A program made the translations under genes and the position numbers. Below are positions 10,801 to 21,071 of a stretch of 64,000 nt of DNA, piece after piece. The notes beneath the pieces were generated by a model that made no database searches, was not told the DNA's origin, and saw nothing but the letters and a program-made list of their open reading frames with translations. How positions within the stretch are numbered: the first letter of the stretch is position 1; every line of letters starts with the position of its first letter. The stretch comes from Candidatus Thorarchaeota archaeon (GTDB taxonomy: Archaea > Asgardarchaeota > Thorarchaeia > Thorarchaeales > Thorarchaeaceae), in NCBI GenBank assembly GCA_963726195.1, contig CAVSBO010000008.1, positions 132,879 through 196,878 of the forward strand, given 5' to 3'.

Positions 10801-11333
10801 TCTTCCCAGACCTCCTTCAGTGTTTTTTCTCCGAGGATGGTTGTGCCAGTCTCGCGCGTCAGCTGCTGAGGCGTCTCCGGTTGCTGCTTGGCTTGTCCTT
10901 GCTTGCCTTGCCACGATAACGTTAGTGCATTCCACTTTCCTTCTGTGCATGTTCTTACGCACTCTGGGTCTCCACCGCACAAATCGCATATCACTACGCG
11001 ACTCCCATCAGGGTGCAGATGTGGAACGCGGCCCGGGCAAGCATCAATACAATTACCGCAGGTAGTGCAGAGGGAGTCGTCCACATTGATTGCTCCGGTC
11101 TGTTCGTTGACCGACAAGGCTCCCTCGGGACATGCTTCAACACACTTTGGATCATCACACTGAAAACAAAGATGCGGTATCTCAATGCCAGGAACAAACA
11201 TGAACACGCGGACCCTTGACGCTTCTGGCCAAATCCGCTCCTCATGGGACAGCGAACATGCAATCTCGCATCTTCTGCATCCACTACACAGCAGGTAGTC
11301 TCGATTGACCCACACTTGTCTCGGTCGAGTCAT
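10797..11333 (-). CDS. 4Fe-4S dicluster electron-transfer subunit of the adjacent AOR
   Basis: CSGCRRCEIAC, CFQCDDPKCVEACP, CTTCGNCIDACP, CDLCGGDPECVRTC. Confidence 0.92.
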   Translation of the reverse strand: MTRPRQVWVNRDYLLCSGCRRCEIACSLSHEERIWPEASRVRVFMFVPGIEIPHLCFQCDDPKCVEACPEGALSVNEQTGAINVDDSLCTTCGNCIDACPGRVPHLHPDGSRVVICDLCGGDPECVRTCTEGKWNALTLSWQGKQGQAKQQPETPQQLTRETGTTILGEKTLKEVWEE

Positions 11334-11459
11334 GAATATCCCTCGTGTGCAAGCAGCGTGAAGTCAGTACGAGCAGCGTTCCTATTCAGCTTTCCTCATT
11401 GTCGAAGGAGACGCGTGAGAAGAAAGGTATTTGAACCCCGTTCTGTCAAGGTATTCAGT

Positions 11460-12194
11460 ATGGACATGTCCGAGATGAAGCAGTACGCTTGGGTTCTCTA
11501 CGGCATTGTGAGCATACTCATCATATTCGGGGTTGCGATGCTTTACACTCCTGTTGCAGCCCTGTCGGCTGCTCTCCATCCAATACCTGCCCAACTCGCG
11601 ACGCCAGTTGACCTCGCAATTCCCGTGGTTCCTGCGGCGATTATCGTCTATTGGTATGTCTTCTACTCATTCATATTCTTCAGCTACTTTTACTTCGCAT
11701 TCGTTCAGCGCGAGTATCGGAATGCGCTTGTCATAGCCTATGTCCTAATCAACGCTGTCGCATACTTGGTCTATTTGGTGTTTCCAGTAATTGGACCCAC
11801 TCGCATTGTCCCCGGCACTGACTTCTTCTCGCTCCAGTTAGCATCATTGTATCTAAACGACACCCCGCTCAACTGTTTCCCGAGCCTTCATGGATCAATG
11901 TCACTTCTGGCCGCGTATTCATTGTGGAGAGCAAAGAAGGAGTACGGATACATCTCATGGCCGATAGCCATTGCTGTAATGATTTCAACGCTCTTCGTTC
12001 ACCAACACTGGATTGCAGATCAGATATTCGCTACGATTGTCACGCTCTCCATCTGCTATTTTGTCTTTAACTGGCTCAAGTACACGAGAGTCCTGAAGTC
12101 CACTACACAGGTCCACCTATGGCAACTACTTGTGTCAGCTGTGTTTGCGGTCCTATTCATGATGCTCTACGTGTGGGCATTCTACATCGCTTAG
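11460..12194 (+). CDS. PAP2 / IPC-synthase-like membrane phosphoesterase
   Basis: NCFPSLH and STLFVHQHWIAD catalytic motifs. Confidence 0.85.
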   Translation: MDMSEMKQYAWVLYGIVSILIIFGVAMLYTPVAALSAALHPIPAQLATPVDLAIPVVPAAIIVYWYVFYSFIFFSYFYFAFVQREYRNALVIAYVLINAVAYLVYLVFPVIGPTRIVPGTDFFSLQLASLYLNDTPLNCFPSLHGSMSLLAAYSLWRAKKEYGYISWPIAIAVMISTLFVHQHWIADQIFATIVTLSICYFVFNWLKYTRVLKSTTQVHLWQLLVSAVFAVLFMMLYVWAFYIA

Positions 12195-12353
12195 CGGGCA
12201 AGAGAAATGATGCATTCGAGGCCGCTCTGGACAGTCTCTCGTCGCGTGGCTCCTGAAATCAAGGCCTAATCACACCTAGGTCGATCACGAAGCACAAGTT
12301 TGAGGAATCGCAACTCTCATGTACGCAGACATGCCCAGTTTGCAAGAGACGAT

Positions 12354-12662
12354 ATGGGCAAAATCCTATCTGTTAGGCTGGACAAGGACCTTGAAACCAG
12401 ACTGACTTACCTTATGAAACGGAGAAGGATTGTGGACAAGTCTGCATATATCAGACAGCTCATAGACAGGTCTCTTTTCCAAGACCTTCTTGACTACCTA
12501 TCTGAAGAGGTATCGGCCAAGCGAATCAGTGCGTGGAAAGCGGCATCTGATGCTGGCATCTCTTTGAGAGCAATGATGGCAGAGCTGGCCCGACGGAACG
12601 TGCCTTCCTATGATGAGGTGTCACTCAGAGAGGACTTGATGAGTGAACGGCTATACTCGTAA
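12354..12662 (+). CDS. RHH (CopG-like) plus UPF0175-like antitoxin-type protein, no toxin partner seen
   Basis: ILSVRLD...DKSAYIRQLI, ISAWKAASDAGISLRAMM, SYDEVSLREDL. Confidence 0.7.
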   Translation: MGKILSVRLDKDLETRLTYLMKRRRIVDKSAYIRQLIDRSLFQDLLDYLSEEVSAKRISAWKAASDAGISLRAMMAELARRNVPSYDEVSLREDLMSERLYS

Positions 12663-12859
12663 GTCAAGTCCGAATTTTCATAGCACTCTCCCGTTGAGGG
12701 ATGCCAAGTTCTGCCGAGTTTGTCCAATCTCAATGCATCTGCCGGCAATTCTAAGAACTTGAGCCACACGAAGAATCTGAATGGACACCGACTGCAGTCA
12801 CGATAACTCAGGAGTTCCTCTTTCCAATCATTGAATAGTGCTCGCGGGCGAGTCGAAGT

Positions 12860-13426
12860 ATGGAACTTGCTACCTTCGGTGCAGGCTGCTTCTGGTGCAC
12901 AGAGGCTGCATATCAACAGCTGAAAGGCGTCGCCTCAGTGGTTTCGGGATATTCTGGCGGAAATGTCGAGAATCCCACATACGAGCAGGTGAGCACAGGC
13001 CGGACAGGTCATGCCGAGGTCTCTCAGATTGAGTATGACCCCGAACAGATTACTTACGACGAACTGCTCGAGGTGTTCTTCGCGATCCATGACCCAACCA
13101 CTCTGAACCGTCAAGGCAATGATGTCGGCACGCAGTATCGCTCTGTCATATTCTACCATGATGAAAATCAGAAGAAAGCTGCTGAGGCCGCGGTCGTCAG
13201 AGTCAATGCTAGTCGTGTTTGGAGGAAACCAATCGTAACAGAAATCAAGCCATTCAAGAAGTTCTTCCCGGCAGAAGACTATCACCAGAACTACTATCGT
13301 AGTAACCCGAATCAGGCCTACTGCCGTCTAGTGATTCAGCCCAAGCTCGACAAGTTCGAACATGTATTCAAGCTGAAGCTCTTGGACGAAAATGTGGGGG
13401 ATTTTGTTCGAGGTTCGAGACACTGA
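12860..13426 (+). CDS. msrA: Peptide-methionine (S)-S-oxide reductase
   Basis: GCFWC, GHAE, HDPTTLNRQGNDVGTQYRS, AEDYHQNYY. Confidence 0.97.
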   Translation: MELATFGAGCFWCTEAAYQQLKGVASVVSGYSGGNVENPTYEQVSTGRTGHAEVSQIEYDPEQITYDELLEVFFAIHDPTTLNRQGNDVGTQYRSVIFYHDENQKKAAEAAVVRVNASRVWRKPIVTEIKPFKKFFPAEDYHQNYYRSNPNQAYCRLVIQPKLDKFEHVFKLKLLDENVGDFVRGSRH

Positions 13427-13551
13427 TTCTCCAAATGCAAATGAGCGCTTTCAAAAAGGGCTGAGAGGAACAGGCCTCAATCTTCGATACTCGGCCCCTT
13501 CGAACAGGGATGCGACCCATCGTAAGTGGGGTGGTGTATGATGGTCCTAAT

Positions 13552-15833
13552 TCATGGCGTTTCAGCCGCAGGAAGCGCAAAGACGAACGTTATCATTTCC
13601 AGTTCCTCTGAGTGCTCTTGGGTTTCGATATGGACCCGACCAAGGAATAGTCGAGTGAGTTCTCTTACGAGGGTGAAGTCCAATCCCTCGGACGTGTCTG
13701 TTTCGAGATAATGCTCGAATAGGTCACGGGTTCTCTTGGCCTCTGTCTTAGCAGCTAGCATAGTCATCCGGATCTCCCACATAGGCGGAGTTTCTTCCGA
13801 GAGAACAGTCATTGTCGCGGTGACAGATACGATATCTTTCGCTCTCCTGACCAGTCCTCTTAGCAGACTGAAGAACAAATCGGCTAGAAGGCCGTTTGCA
13901 CTGACGAAGCACTCCCCGATTTCATGATTTGTCTTGATCTCAATCTTCTTCTCGGGCATAGCCTTGGACACTCTAGTCGCCGCCCATTTGACACAGTCGA
14001 CAACATCTGTTGGTTCAAGGTCCTTCGGAGAGTATGGTTCTCCACCCACAAGTCCTCCCATCGCTTTGGTCAAATCATTGGCATGTGAGATTCTCATCAT
14101 TGCCCCTGAAAGCGACTTCCGACCGGGGTCACTCATGTGCGTTTCTTGGCTCATTCCGCTGAGCAGACTGAGTGTTTCTGTCTGATGGTCAACTATGTCA
14201 CTTTCCACTACATCCGAACAGACTCTCGCCCGACTCTTGAACTCCCGTATCTCCTTGTTCTTGTCGAGATACAGGTACGTCATGGTCACGTAGAGCATGA
14301 TTCCCGCAGTCAGCAGGATTCCCTCTGCAGCCCACCAGCCCGCACTCCAGTACGTGAAGTTGGCTTTCAGGATCATTGATATGATCCAGAGTGCCTGAGA
14401 CAATACTGCTACGCTCTCGACAGAGTACTGCCCGCCCGTTTCAGCAGCCATCAGCATAACAAAACTCACGAGCGCAAAGGTCGAAATAAACGCTGTACCG
14501 AGCATGATTGTTTCGGCCACATTTGCTCCGAACAGGTCAGGATACATCTGGAAAAGCTGTGACCTTATGATCTCTCCAAGAATGAGTATGACCACTACCA
14601 ACACGTAACCCGCTAGATGAAGCCTGACTGAGAGCCTCGGTCTCTCTTCGCGGGAAGGCGCAAGTATTCTTCGCATCGCGACAAATAGAGTCACTACAGA
14701 GATGAGCCCTCCACATACGTATGCCACAAATGGCTCGAATTGGGCCCCGTACACAGGGGAGAAGCGCGAAACCCCAATATCCACCTCCAGAATAGTCCAC
14801 GAGAACATCAGGAACACTATAGGGGAATGATACCATGACGTTCCGCTTCTCGACCTGAAATAGAGCACAGTGCCTACTACGCCTGTGAAGATTGCTGCAT
14901 TTCCGTGAATCAAGAACGTCGCCCCTATGTCGACATAAGACACGAACGAAGACACAGCCTCGATTAACTGGGTTGCGATGAAGGGGATTACCACGGAAAG
15001 TGAGATGGCCACGACAATGGTGTACGCAAGCGACCGTTTCACGCCGACATCGACAAGGAACGGATAGCCAGTTCCGCCGACTATGAAAATGAGACCCGCT
15101 GCCTGAAACAAGATGGCCGCGACCCACAATTGGGATGGTTCAGCCAGAACAAACAGGAGTATGACGGTCGACATGCCGTATGATGCGCTTGATATCATTA
15201 GACGCACGGGGTCATGTGTTGACCAGTCGGCTCTCTGTCTGCTTAGTCTAAGGATCAACAGGGCATATACTGCTAGGCCTGCGGCACCTGTGGCATAACC
15301 CGCACCTATGACCGCGACACTTGAGGGTATTGCCTGAGTGACGTAGTATGCAAGTCCATAGAATGCAAGTGCAGTTAGGAGGAGTAGCAGTGTAGCAGTG
15401 CGTTTCCTCCAAATAGAGACTCTCTTTCAAATCCTCGCCCTGCACATGATATGCTAGGAGCAAGAGCACCGCCAATGTCGTAGTTTCGATGAGGCCCAGA
15501 AGGATTCCTGCCGGGGCACGCTGGAATACTGGCGTGTTGATACGGTAGAAGTGATCCATTGTGGCACCTACCTGAATGGTCGAAATGTAGGCCAGCGCGA
15601 CGACAATGATTTTGTGCTTTGGCGAGGGGTCGATTCTAGTGCGGCTTGAGGCAGCAGACTGTTGCAACGACTGCTAGGAACGCAAGAACAGAATGAATGG
15701 CGACCGCCGAACTCTGTGTGTCCCACGGAGGATTGCTCAGCAAGAACACATACGAAAACACCGCCACTAATACCAAGATTACTGCTGTCCTTACGGCGTC
15801 ATAGAGCCTCGTGTATGGAGTCCCTCATGACAT
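13552..15833 (-). CDS. Multi-pass membrane protein with degenerate histidine-kinase-like C-terminal domain (frameshifted)
   Basis: ORFs 15248..15667 and 13552..15258 plus an upstream hydrophobic frame; C-terminal VSANGLLADLFFSLL and GLDFTLVRELTRLFLGRV resemble HATPase N and G boxes. Confidence 0.65.
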
Positions 15834-15866
15834 GGCGGCTCTCAAAATGAGAAAAGGGTATTCCCG

Positions 15867-15875
15867 TTATATATA
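15867..15875 (-). promoter_or_regulatory. TATA box candidate
   Basis: TTATATATA about 35 nt upstream of the 15833 start. Confidence 0.45.
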
Positions 15876-16101
15876 GAGGATTACTTTCTTCCCACTCGTC
15901 ATAGATAACTCTCAGCAACAACTCCTTCCACATTCAGACAGCGATTAATTGCTTTGCAGGCGAACGTCCACTCGAGTCGCAGGTTCCCGCTTGTGAAAAG
16001 ACGTACCGGGTCATAACTTGATTGCCCGCAACTGGGTCAAGGGTTTCTGAAGAATGCGGCCGACCGGCCATCATTCATCGACAAGATATAATGTCGAAGG
16101 T

Positions 16102-17041
16102 CTATCGGTCTATTGTAGCACTGCAGAATGGGCAACTTGCACTCTTCCCACTCTTCAGGCAATCGACTGTGGCTTGTGGAAGTACACCACCGCATCTTGG
16201 ACAGAGCCATGCGCTCAGCTTCTCAGGAGAAGCCGCTGGCGTAGCGGCCGACGGGGATTGCATCTGATAGAACCGGTTCGGTTGCTGGGCAAGCGACATG
16301 ATCGCTTCTGGAACCAGGTACGCATCACGAAGTGACAGTGACATAATTTCATACGGGGCTGGATAAATCTCGCAGTCCTCACCTATCCTCAGGTCAAGGA
16401 GGGATTTGCAGGCGAAAAGAGGCGAAATATCAACACTCTTGATACGATTGTCTTGAAGCATGAGTCGGACAAGCTGACCGCAGCGAGCTAGTGGGCGAAG
16501 GTCAATACTCTCTATCTGATTGCTTTCCAAGCATAGTTCTCGAAGTCGGTCACATTTTAGCAGCGGCTTCAGGTCGATGGCACGAAGCTTGATTGCGCGA
16601 AACATCTAGGTGTCCGATGCTAGAGTACGTCGAAAGGGAACTGAGATTGATGCTCTCGAGCCGATTTTCAAAAAGGAGTATTGTTTCCAGCTTGGAGCAT
16701 TTTTGGAGCGGGCTGAGGTCACACGCACCAAGCTGATTGTGGAATAGCATGAGCTTTCTAAGATTGGTGCACCCTGACAGTGGTTCTAAGTCAATGACTT
16801 GGAGCTCGTTTTCGGAAAGCCACAGCTCTCTGAGTTCCACGCAGTTAGCCAATGGCGTCAAGTCGATCTGCTTCAGATGGTTCTTGGACAAATCCAGTTT
16901 TTTGAGCCAAAGGCTTCCAGACAGAGGACCAAGGTCAATGCGCAGAATGTCTTTTTCCGGGAGACTGAGTGACCCATTCCAGTTCTTGTACTGTTTTCTG
17001 ATTGTCTCCCCGGTGACCGTAGCATACTCCAGCTCAACCAT
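16102..17041 (-). CDS. Leucine-rich repeat protein with C-terminal zinc ribbon (frameshift near 16600)
   Basis: Repeats LxxLxLxxNxLxxIDLxPLxxC; C-terminal CPRCGG...CPFC. Confidence 0.88.
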
Positions 17042-17436
17042 GACCCCGCACCCGGTTTGAGGTAATCGGGAAGCACGCCTTTGAGCTTTTCCTAGCCACT
17101 GAACCGTCGATACTCTCGGATTTGGACGCATTGCATGAAACCTCGAAGCATTCCCACGAACCCGCATCAACGGCGGCACGCCTTCTCGTCTTTCCACTCC
17201 GAAGTCTCATTCTGAAGCACATGCTCCTGCTGGTGCGGAGACTCATGCGGAAACATAACTTGATGACCGTACCAGCGATTCAGGAGCCCACATCTGCTTC
17301 TCTTGTCTGTGGGCAGATAGTCGGCCCCAAGAACCTCTCTGCCCATGACGACAAGTCGACCTGAGCTGTGGTTTCAGCGGCCTTCTAGAAGCGATGTAAT
17401 GCTCTTTGGGAGCCTCAGATACCGTTGAAGTGTTAA

Positions 17437-17454
17437 GCTCTGTGTTAACAGAGC
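17437..17454. promoter_or_regulatory. Inverted repeat, candidate vapBC operator
   Basis: GCTCTGT-gtta-ACAGAGC about 40 nt upstream of vapB. Confidence 0.4.
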
Positions 17455-17491
17455 ATATCAGTGTATACGCACGTAGCAGAGATGATAGGCG

Positions 17492-17707
17492 TTGGGAAAA
17501 AACATTCTCATCAGTAACGAGGTCTATGAGAGGCTGAAGTCATTGAAGCGGGACACCGAGTCTTTCACGGAGGTCATCATGCGACTGCTTGGTCACAGAA
17601 GCAGAAGTGTTCTTGATTTGGCAGGGACCTGGCCGTATTCAGAAGAGGAAACTAGAAGCATGGAGCATCTGTTGGAGGAGAGTTGGGCTGAGGGATGGAA
17701 TAAATGA
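17492..17707 (+). CDS. vapB: VapB-family antitoxin (archaeal DUF217-like)
   Basis: KNILISNEVYERLKSLKRDTESFTEVIMRLL...DLAGTW. Confidence 0.85.
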   Translation: MGKNILISNEVYERLKSLKRDTESFTEVIMRLLGHRSRSVLDLAGTWPYSEEETRSMEHLLEESWAEGWNK

Positions 17708-17877
17708 CGCTACATGCTGCAGACATCCAACGTACCAGCTTTTCGAAAGGTAGGCCGCTCAGCGTCAGAGATCTGTTCATAGCCGCCACGGCACTCACAA
17801 ACGGTTGTGGAACGGTTATTACCAGAAACGAACGGGATTTCTCGGCCATCGAAGGATTGAAAGTCGAAACTTACTGA
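17704..17877 (+). pseudogene. vapC: VapC PIN toxin lacking its N-terminal half
   Basis: ATGA overlap with vapB; translates to MTLHAADIQ...GRPLSVRDLFIAATALTNGCGTVITRNERDFSAIEGLKVETY (57 aa). Confidence 0.8.
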
Positions 17878-18024
17878 ATTGCGGCCGCGGCCAATCCGCG
17901 TTTAATCCGTCCATGGCATCAAGAGAATGATCCAAAGATTCCGCCCTGCTTGGCTCGCGAGTCTAGGCTTGCACGAGGCGCATGGAGCACATATTTAACA
18001 GCTCCATGATTCGCGTCGGTTACT

Positions 18025-18261
18025 ATGAACACAGAAACCGACAGTGCCGGGACACGCCGCGAGAACATCCACCCGGGTCTCGTGGTCGATGTGATTCTCA
18101 AGAAGGACCAGTCCACAGGCAAGTTGACCCGGGGCGTAGTCAAGGATATTCTCACCAACTCCCCCATTCATCCTCGCGGCATAAAAGTCCGGCTGAACAA
18201 CGGGCTGGTCGGTCGGGTAAAGGTCATCGTCAATGAGCAGTCCGGGAAGTCGGGAAGGTGA
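18025..18261 (+). CDS. YwbE (DUF2196) family protein
   Basis: VILKKDQSTGKLTRGVVKDILTNSPIHPRGIKVRL..GLVGRV. Confidence 0.9.
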   Translation: MNTETDSAGTRRENIHPGLVVDVILKKDQSTGKLTRGVVKDILTNSPIHPRGIKVRLNNGLVGRVKVIVNEQSGKSGR

Positions 18262-18300
18262 GGTCTTCTCTAGTTCCACATGTGAGGTCGTGAGAGCGTC

Positions 18301-19065
18301 ATGCCCGGACGAAGTACGAATCATGTCTTTGGGCGTTCGCGGCGAGGGTATGCTGTTGCTGCGCTGGTGGGATTGGATAACAACCGCGCAGCCCTTTGGG
18401 TTGTGTACAGTGAATCCATCAGACAACACGGCTTCATCGACCGCCCGGCAGATCCCGATAGCCGCAAGGAGGCTGCTCTCTACAACTTCTACAATACCAT
18501 CATTGCTGAGGTGAAGAAGGTTCTTTCGACTGGTCTCGCCAGCCTTGTTGTGGCCAGCACAGGGGTCGACGCTTCGCTTGCCGAGAGCTTCATCGCCCAC
18601 ATACGCAAGCATCACGCATACCTCGTACGAGCTATCCGCATGGAAAGTATCGCCGGCGATGCGATGACAGTCAACGCCGCTAGGGAACTAGTCAAGACAG
18701 ATGCCTTTCAGTCGGTCACCAACGATGTCACCAATCAGGAATCGGATGCTCTCGTTGAAGTGCTTGATGCTAGGCTCTCTGATAGTACGGGACGGGTGAC
18801 TGTGCTTTTCTCGCTTGAGGAGATTGACCGGTACTTCAGGAGTCTCTCTAAGGCTGGCGAAGCCGCTGTCGAATACCCGGAGTATGTGCTCATGACCGAT
18901 GCATTTTGGGCTGCACGAAAGAACGATTCTCGCCTCCAGCGAGTGATGGATGTTGCTAAGAACGCCTCGGTGAAGACCCGTGTCCTGCGCAGTGACGGGG
19001 AGGCCGGGACACGCGTCGCTCAGCTTGGCGGCCTCGTCTGTTTCACTGCACCGAGGGCTCGTTAG
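18301..19065 (+). CDS. Pelota/eRF1-like protein (domains 2-3 only)
   Basis: C-terminal VKTRVLRSDGEAGTRVAQLGGLVCF matches the eRF1 domain-3 end; middle region is RNase H-like. Confidence 0.6.
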   Translation: MPGRSTNHVFGRSRRGYAVAALVGLDNNRAALWVVYSESIRQHGFIDRPADPDSRKEAALYNFYNTIIAEVKKVLSTGLASLVVASTGVDASLAESFIAHIRKHHAYLVRAIRMESIAGDAMTVNAARELVKTDAFQSVTNDVTNQESDALVEVLDARLSDSTGRVTVLFSLEEIDRYFRSLSKAGEAAVEYPEYVLMTDAFWAARKNDSRLQRVMDVAKNASVKTRVLRSDGEAGTRVAQLGGLVCFTAPRAR

Positions 19066-19203
19066 TTCCAAGAACCGTTTCTTCCGGCACAGTATGTACA
19101 ACACAAGAGGTTCGCTGAACACATTGGCGCTTGGTTTATCCTGTCACCTGTCACGCACTTTTTAGGACCGAAATGTTCTCAGCAGCATTGGCTGTGGAAT
19201 AGC

Positions 19204-20037
19204 ATGAACCTGCAGGTTTCAGAACTGAGGCGCGATTTCGTCGGGAGTCACCGCGAAGTCACGACTTCAGATGGCATTACTCTATTCCTTAGAGCTTGGG
19301 AGCCTTCACCGAAAGATGCTAGGAATACCGCTATCCTGATCTTTCACGGAATCACTGCTCATAGTGGACCCTACGAATTCATTGGAATACCCCTTTCTAA
19401 GATAGGCTTCCCCACATTTGGTATGGATATGCGCGGCCATGGACTATCCGATGGAAACAGAGGAGACTGTCCGAGCAAGAAGCGATTCGCTCTAGACCTC
19501 TGCGAAACTCTGTCTTTCCTGAAGGAAACATATCCAAGAGTCGTCACGATAGGTCATAGCCTTGGAGTATTGTCATCGTGGATAGTGATGGACACATGTC
19601 CAGAGAAGATTGATGGAGCAGTCCTCCTCTCGGGGGCCCGCACCATTAGACCCGGAATCATGCCCAAATTGGGTTCCTCAACAAAGCTAAAGATCGCGCT
19701 CAGCTCAATCATCTCTCCTAGCAGGCCCGTCGTTAAGTATCGTCGCGAAGGAATGACAGGTCTTGATGACCCGCTCTTTACATTCAGCTACACGTTGCGT
19801 TTCATGAGATTGCTGAACTTCGCTGGAATCAAATTCGTCCATAGTCTCGACATCCCAGTGTTCGTCGGTGTCGGAGATCAGGACGAGTTGTTCTCAGTAG
19901 AGTCAGTCAGAGAACTATATGATGAAATTCCTTCCAAGGACAAGGAGTTCTACGTGCAACCGGGAGCCAAGCATGCTGTGTTTCCTAAGGGCAGCTGGAC
20001 ACCGATGATAAACTGGCTAAAGGAACGGTTCACTTAG
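19204..20037 (+). CDS. Alpha/beta hydrolase (lysophospholipase-like)
   Basis: HGITAH, DMRGHGLSDG, GHSLG, GAKH. Confidence 0.9.
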   Translation: MNLQVSELRRDFVGSHREVTTSDGITLFLRAWEPSPKDARNTAILIFHGITAHSGPYEFIGIPLSKIGFPTFGMDMRGHGLSDGNRGDCPSKKRFALDLCETLSFLKETYPRVVTIGHSLGVLSSWIVMDTCPEKIDGAVLLSGARTIRPGIMPKLGSSTKLKIALSSIISPSRPVVKYRREGMTGLDDPLFTFSYTLRFMRLLNFAGIKFVHSLDIPVFVGVGDQDELFSVESVRELYDEIPSKDKEFYVQPGAKHAVFPKGSWTPMINWLKERFT

Positions 20038-20182
20038 TCACTCTTACCCGACGTCCTGAGTCCCATGGAACTCTGAAGTCTGAGCCCTTCGTCATAGCCA
20101 TTCCGCCAACCAGAGACAAAATCTCTGTGAGCGTCTAATCTGGATTGGAACTGGAGACAAGCATCCATGAGACAACCTTCTT

Positions 20183-20929
20183 GTGACTCACCTCTGCGGT
20201 CAAGCTGGAGAACTGCACTCAGTGAGGACATCCGACGCGCTACTGCTGCTGAGCATGGCATTAATCGCAGCCTACGGAATTGTCACGATATTCATTCCTG
20301 AGTCCACAGGATTGTTACTCTTGGTCTACGACTGGTTGCTGCAGATATCCATCGCCTTGGGATATCCCGGCGATTTCTTTGTCCCTTTGGTCGGCAATGC
20401 CATCATCATCGTACCCTTCCCTTACGAGGGTATTCCATTCATTTTGGGGGGCATAAGAAACTCTGTCACATACGACTTCGTCTTCGACCCGACACTCGTA
20501 GGTCTGATTGCTGGCGCCGGCGCGGCAATCGGAGAGATGGTATGCTATCTTGTTGGTCGGCTTGGTGGCAGACTGGTTGCTGAGAACCAAACGAGTGGTT
20601 TCTCAGCCTTTGTGAAACGTCATTCCATAGCCGCTCCATTAGCAGTCTTTATCGTGGCCGCGACACCTATTCCGGATGATGCGGTAATAATACCACTCGG
20701 GGCGGTCAAGTATCCGTGGTGGAAGGTTGTGCCACCCCTACTTGCGGGCAAGACTGTGGAGTTGACTGCAATTGCTTGGGCAGGCCGCCTGAGTCTCGAT
20801 TGGATAGCGCGCTGGTTGGGGGCAATAGAGTCTGCAGGAATACCCGGAACGATGACAGAGGTGGCCGCAATGACTCTGGTGGTGCTTTGCCTTTATCTCG
20901 TAGCGCGGATCGACTGGACTCGATTCTAG
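20183..20929 (+). CDS. VTT/DedA (SNARE-associated) membrane protein
   Basis: GAAIGEMVCYLVG, AATPIPDD..IIPLG, LAGK. Confidence 0.85.
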   Translation: MTHLCGQAGELHSVRTSDALLLLSMALIAAYGIVTIFIPESTGLLLLVYDWLLQISIALGYPGDFFVPLVGNAIIIVPFPYEGIPFILGGIRNSVTYDFVFDPTLVGLIAGAGAAIGEMVCYLVGRLGGRLVAENQTSGFSAFVKRHSIAAPLAVFIVAATPIPDDAVIIPLGAVKYPWWKVVPPLLAGKTVELTAIAWAGRLSLDWIARWLGAIESAGIPGTMTEVAAMTLVVLCLYLVARIDWTRF

Positions 20930-21071
20930 ACAGGCTCCTACGTGATTCTTCATTTTCTCTCCGGCGGGGCAAACAGAGAACAAGAAGGGTTCTGCTCTAA
21001 AGGTCAATCCAGAATGATTCTCAGAAGAAAAATAAGGAACGGAATCAATGCTTTTTTCCCCGGGTTGAACT

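Noticed and set aside
15825-15833. In-frame TGA at codon 3 as selenocysteine
   Set aside because: Non-catalytic position in an indel-rich gene; more likely a sequencing error or an alternative start
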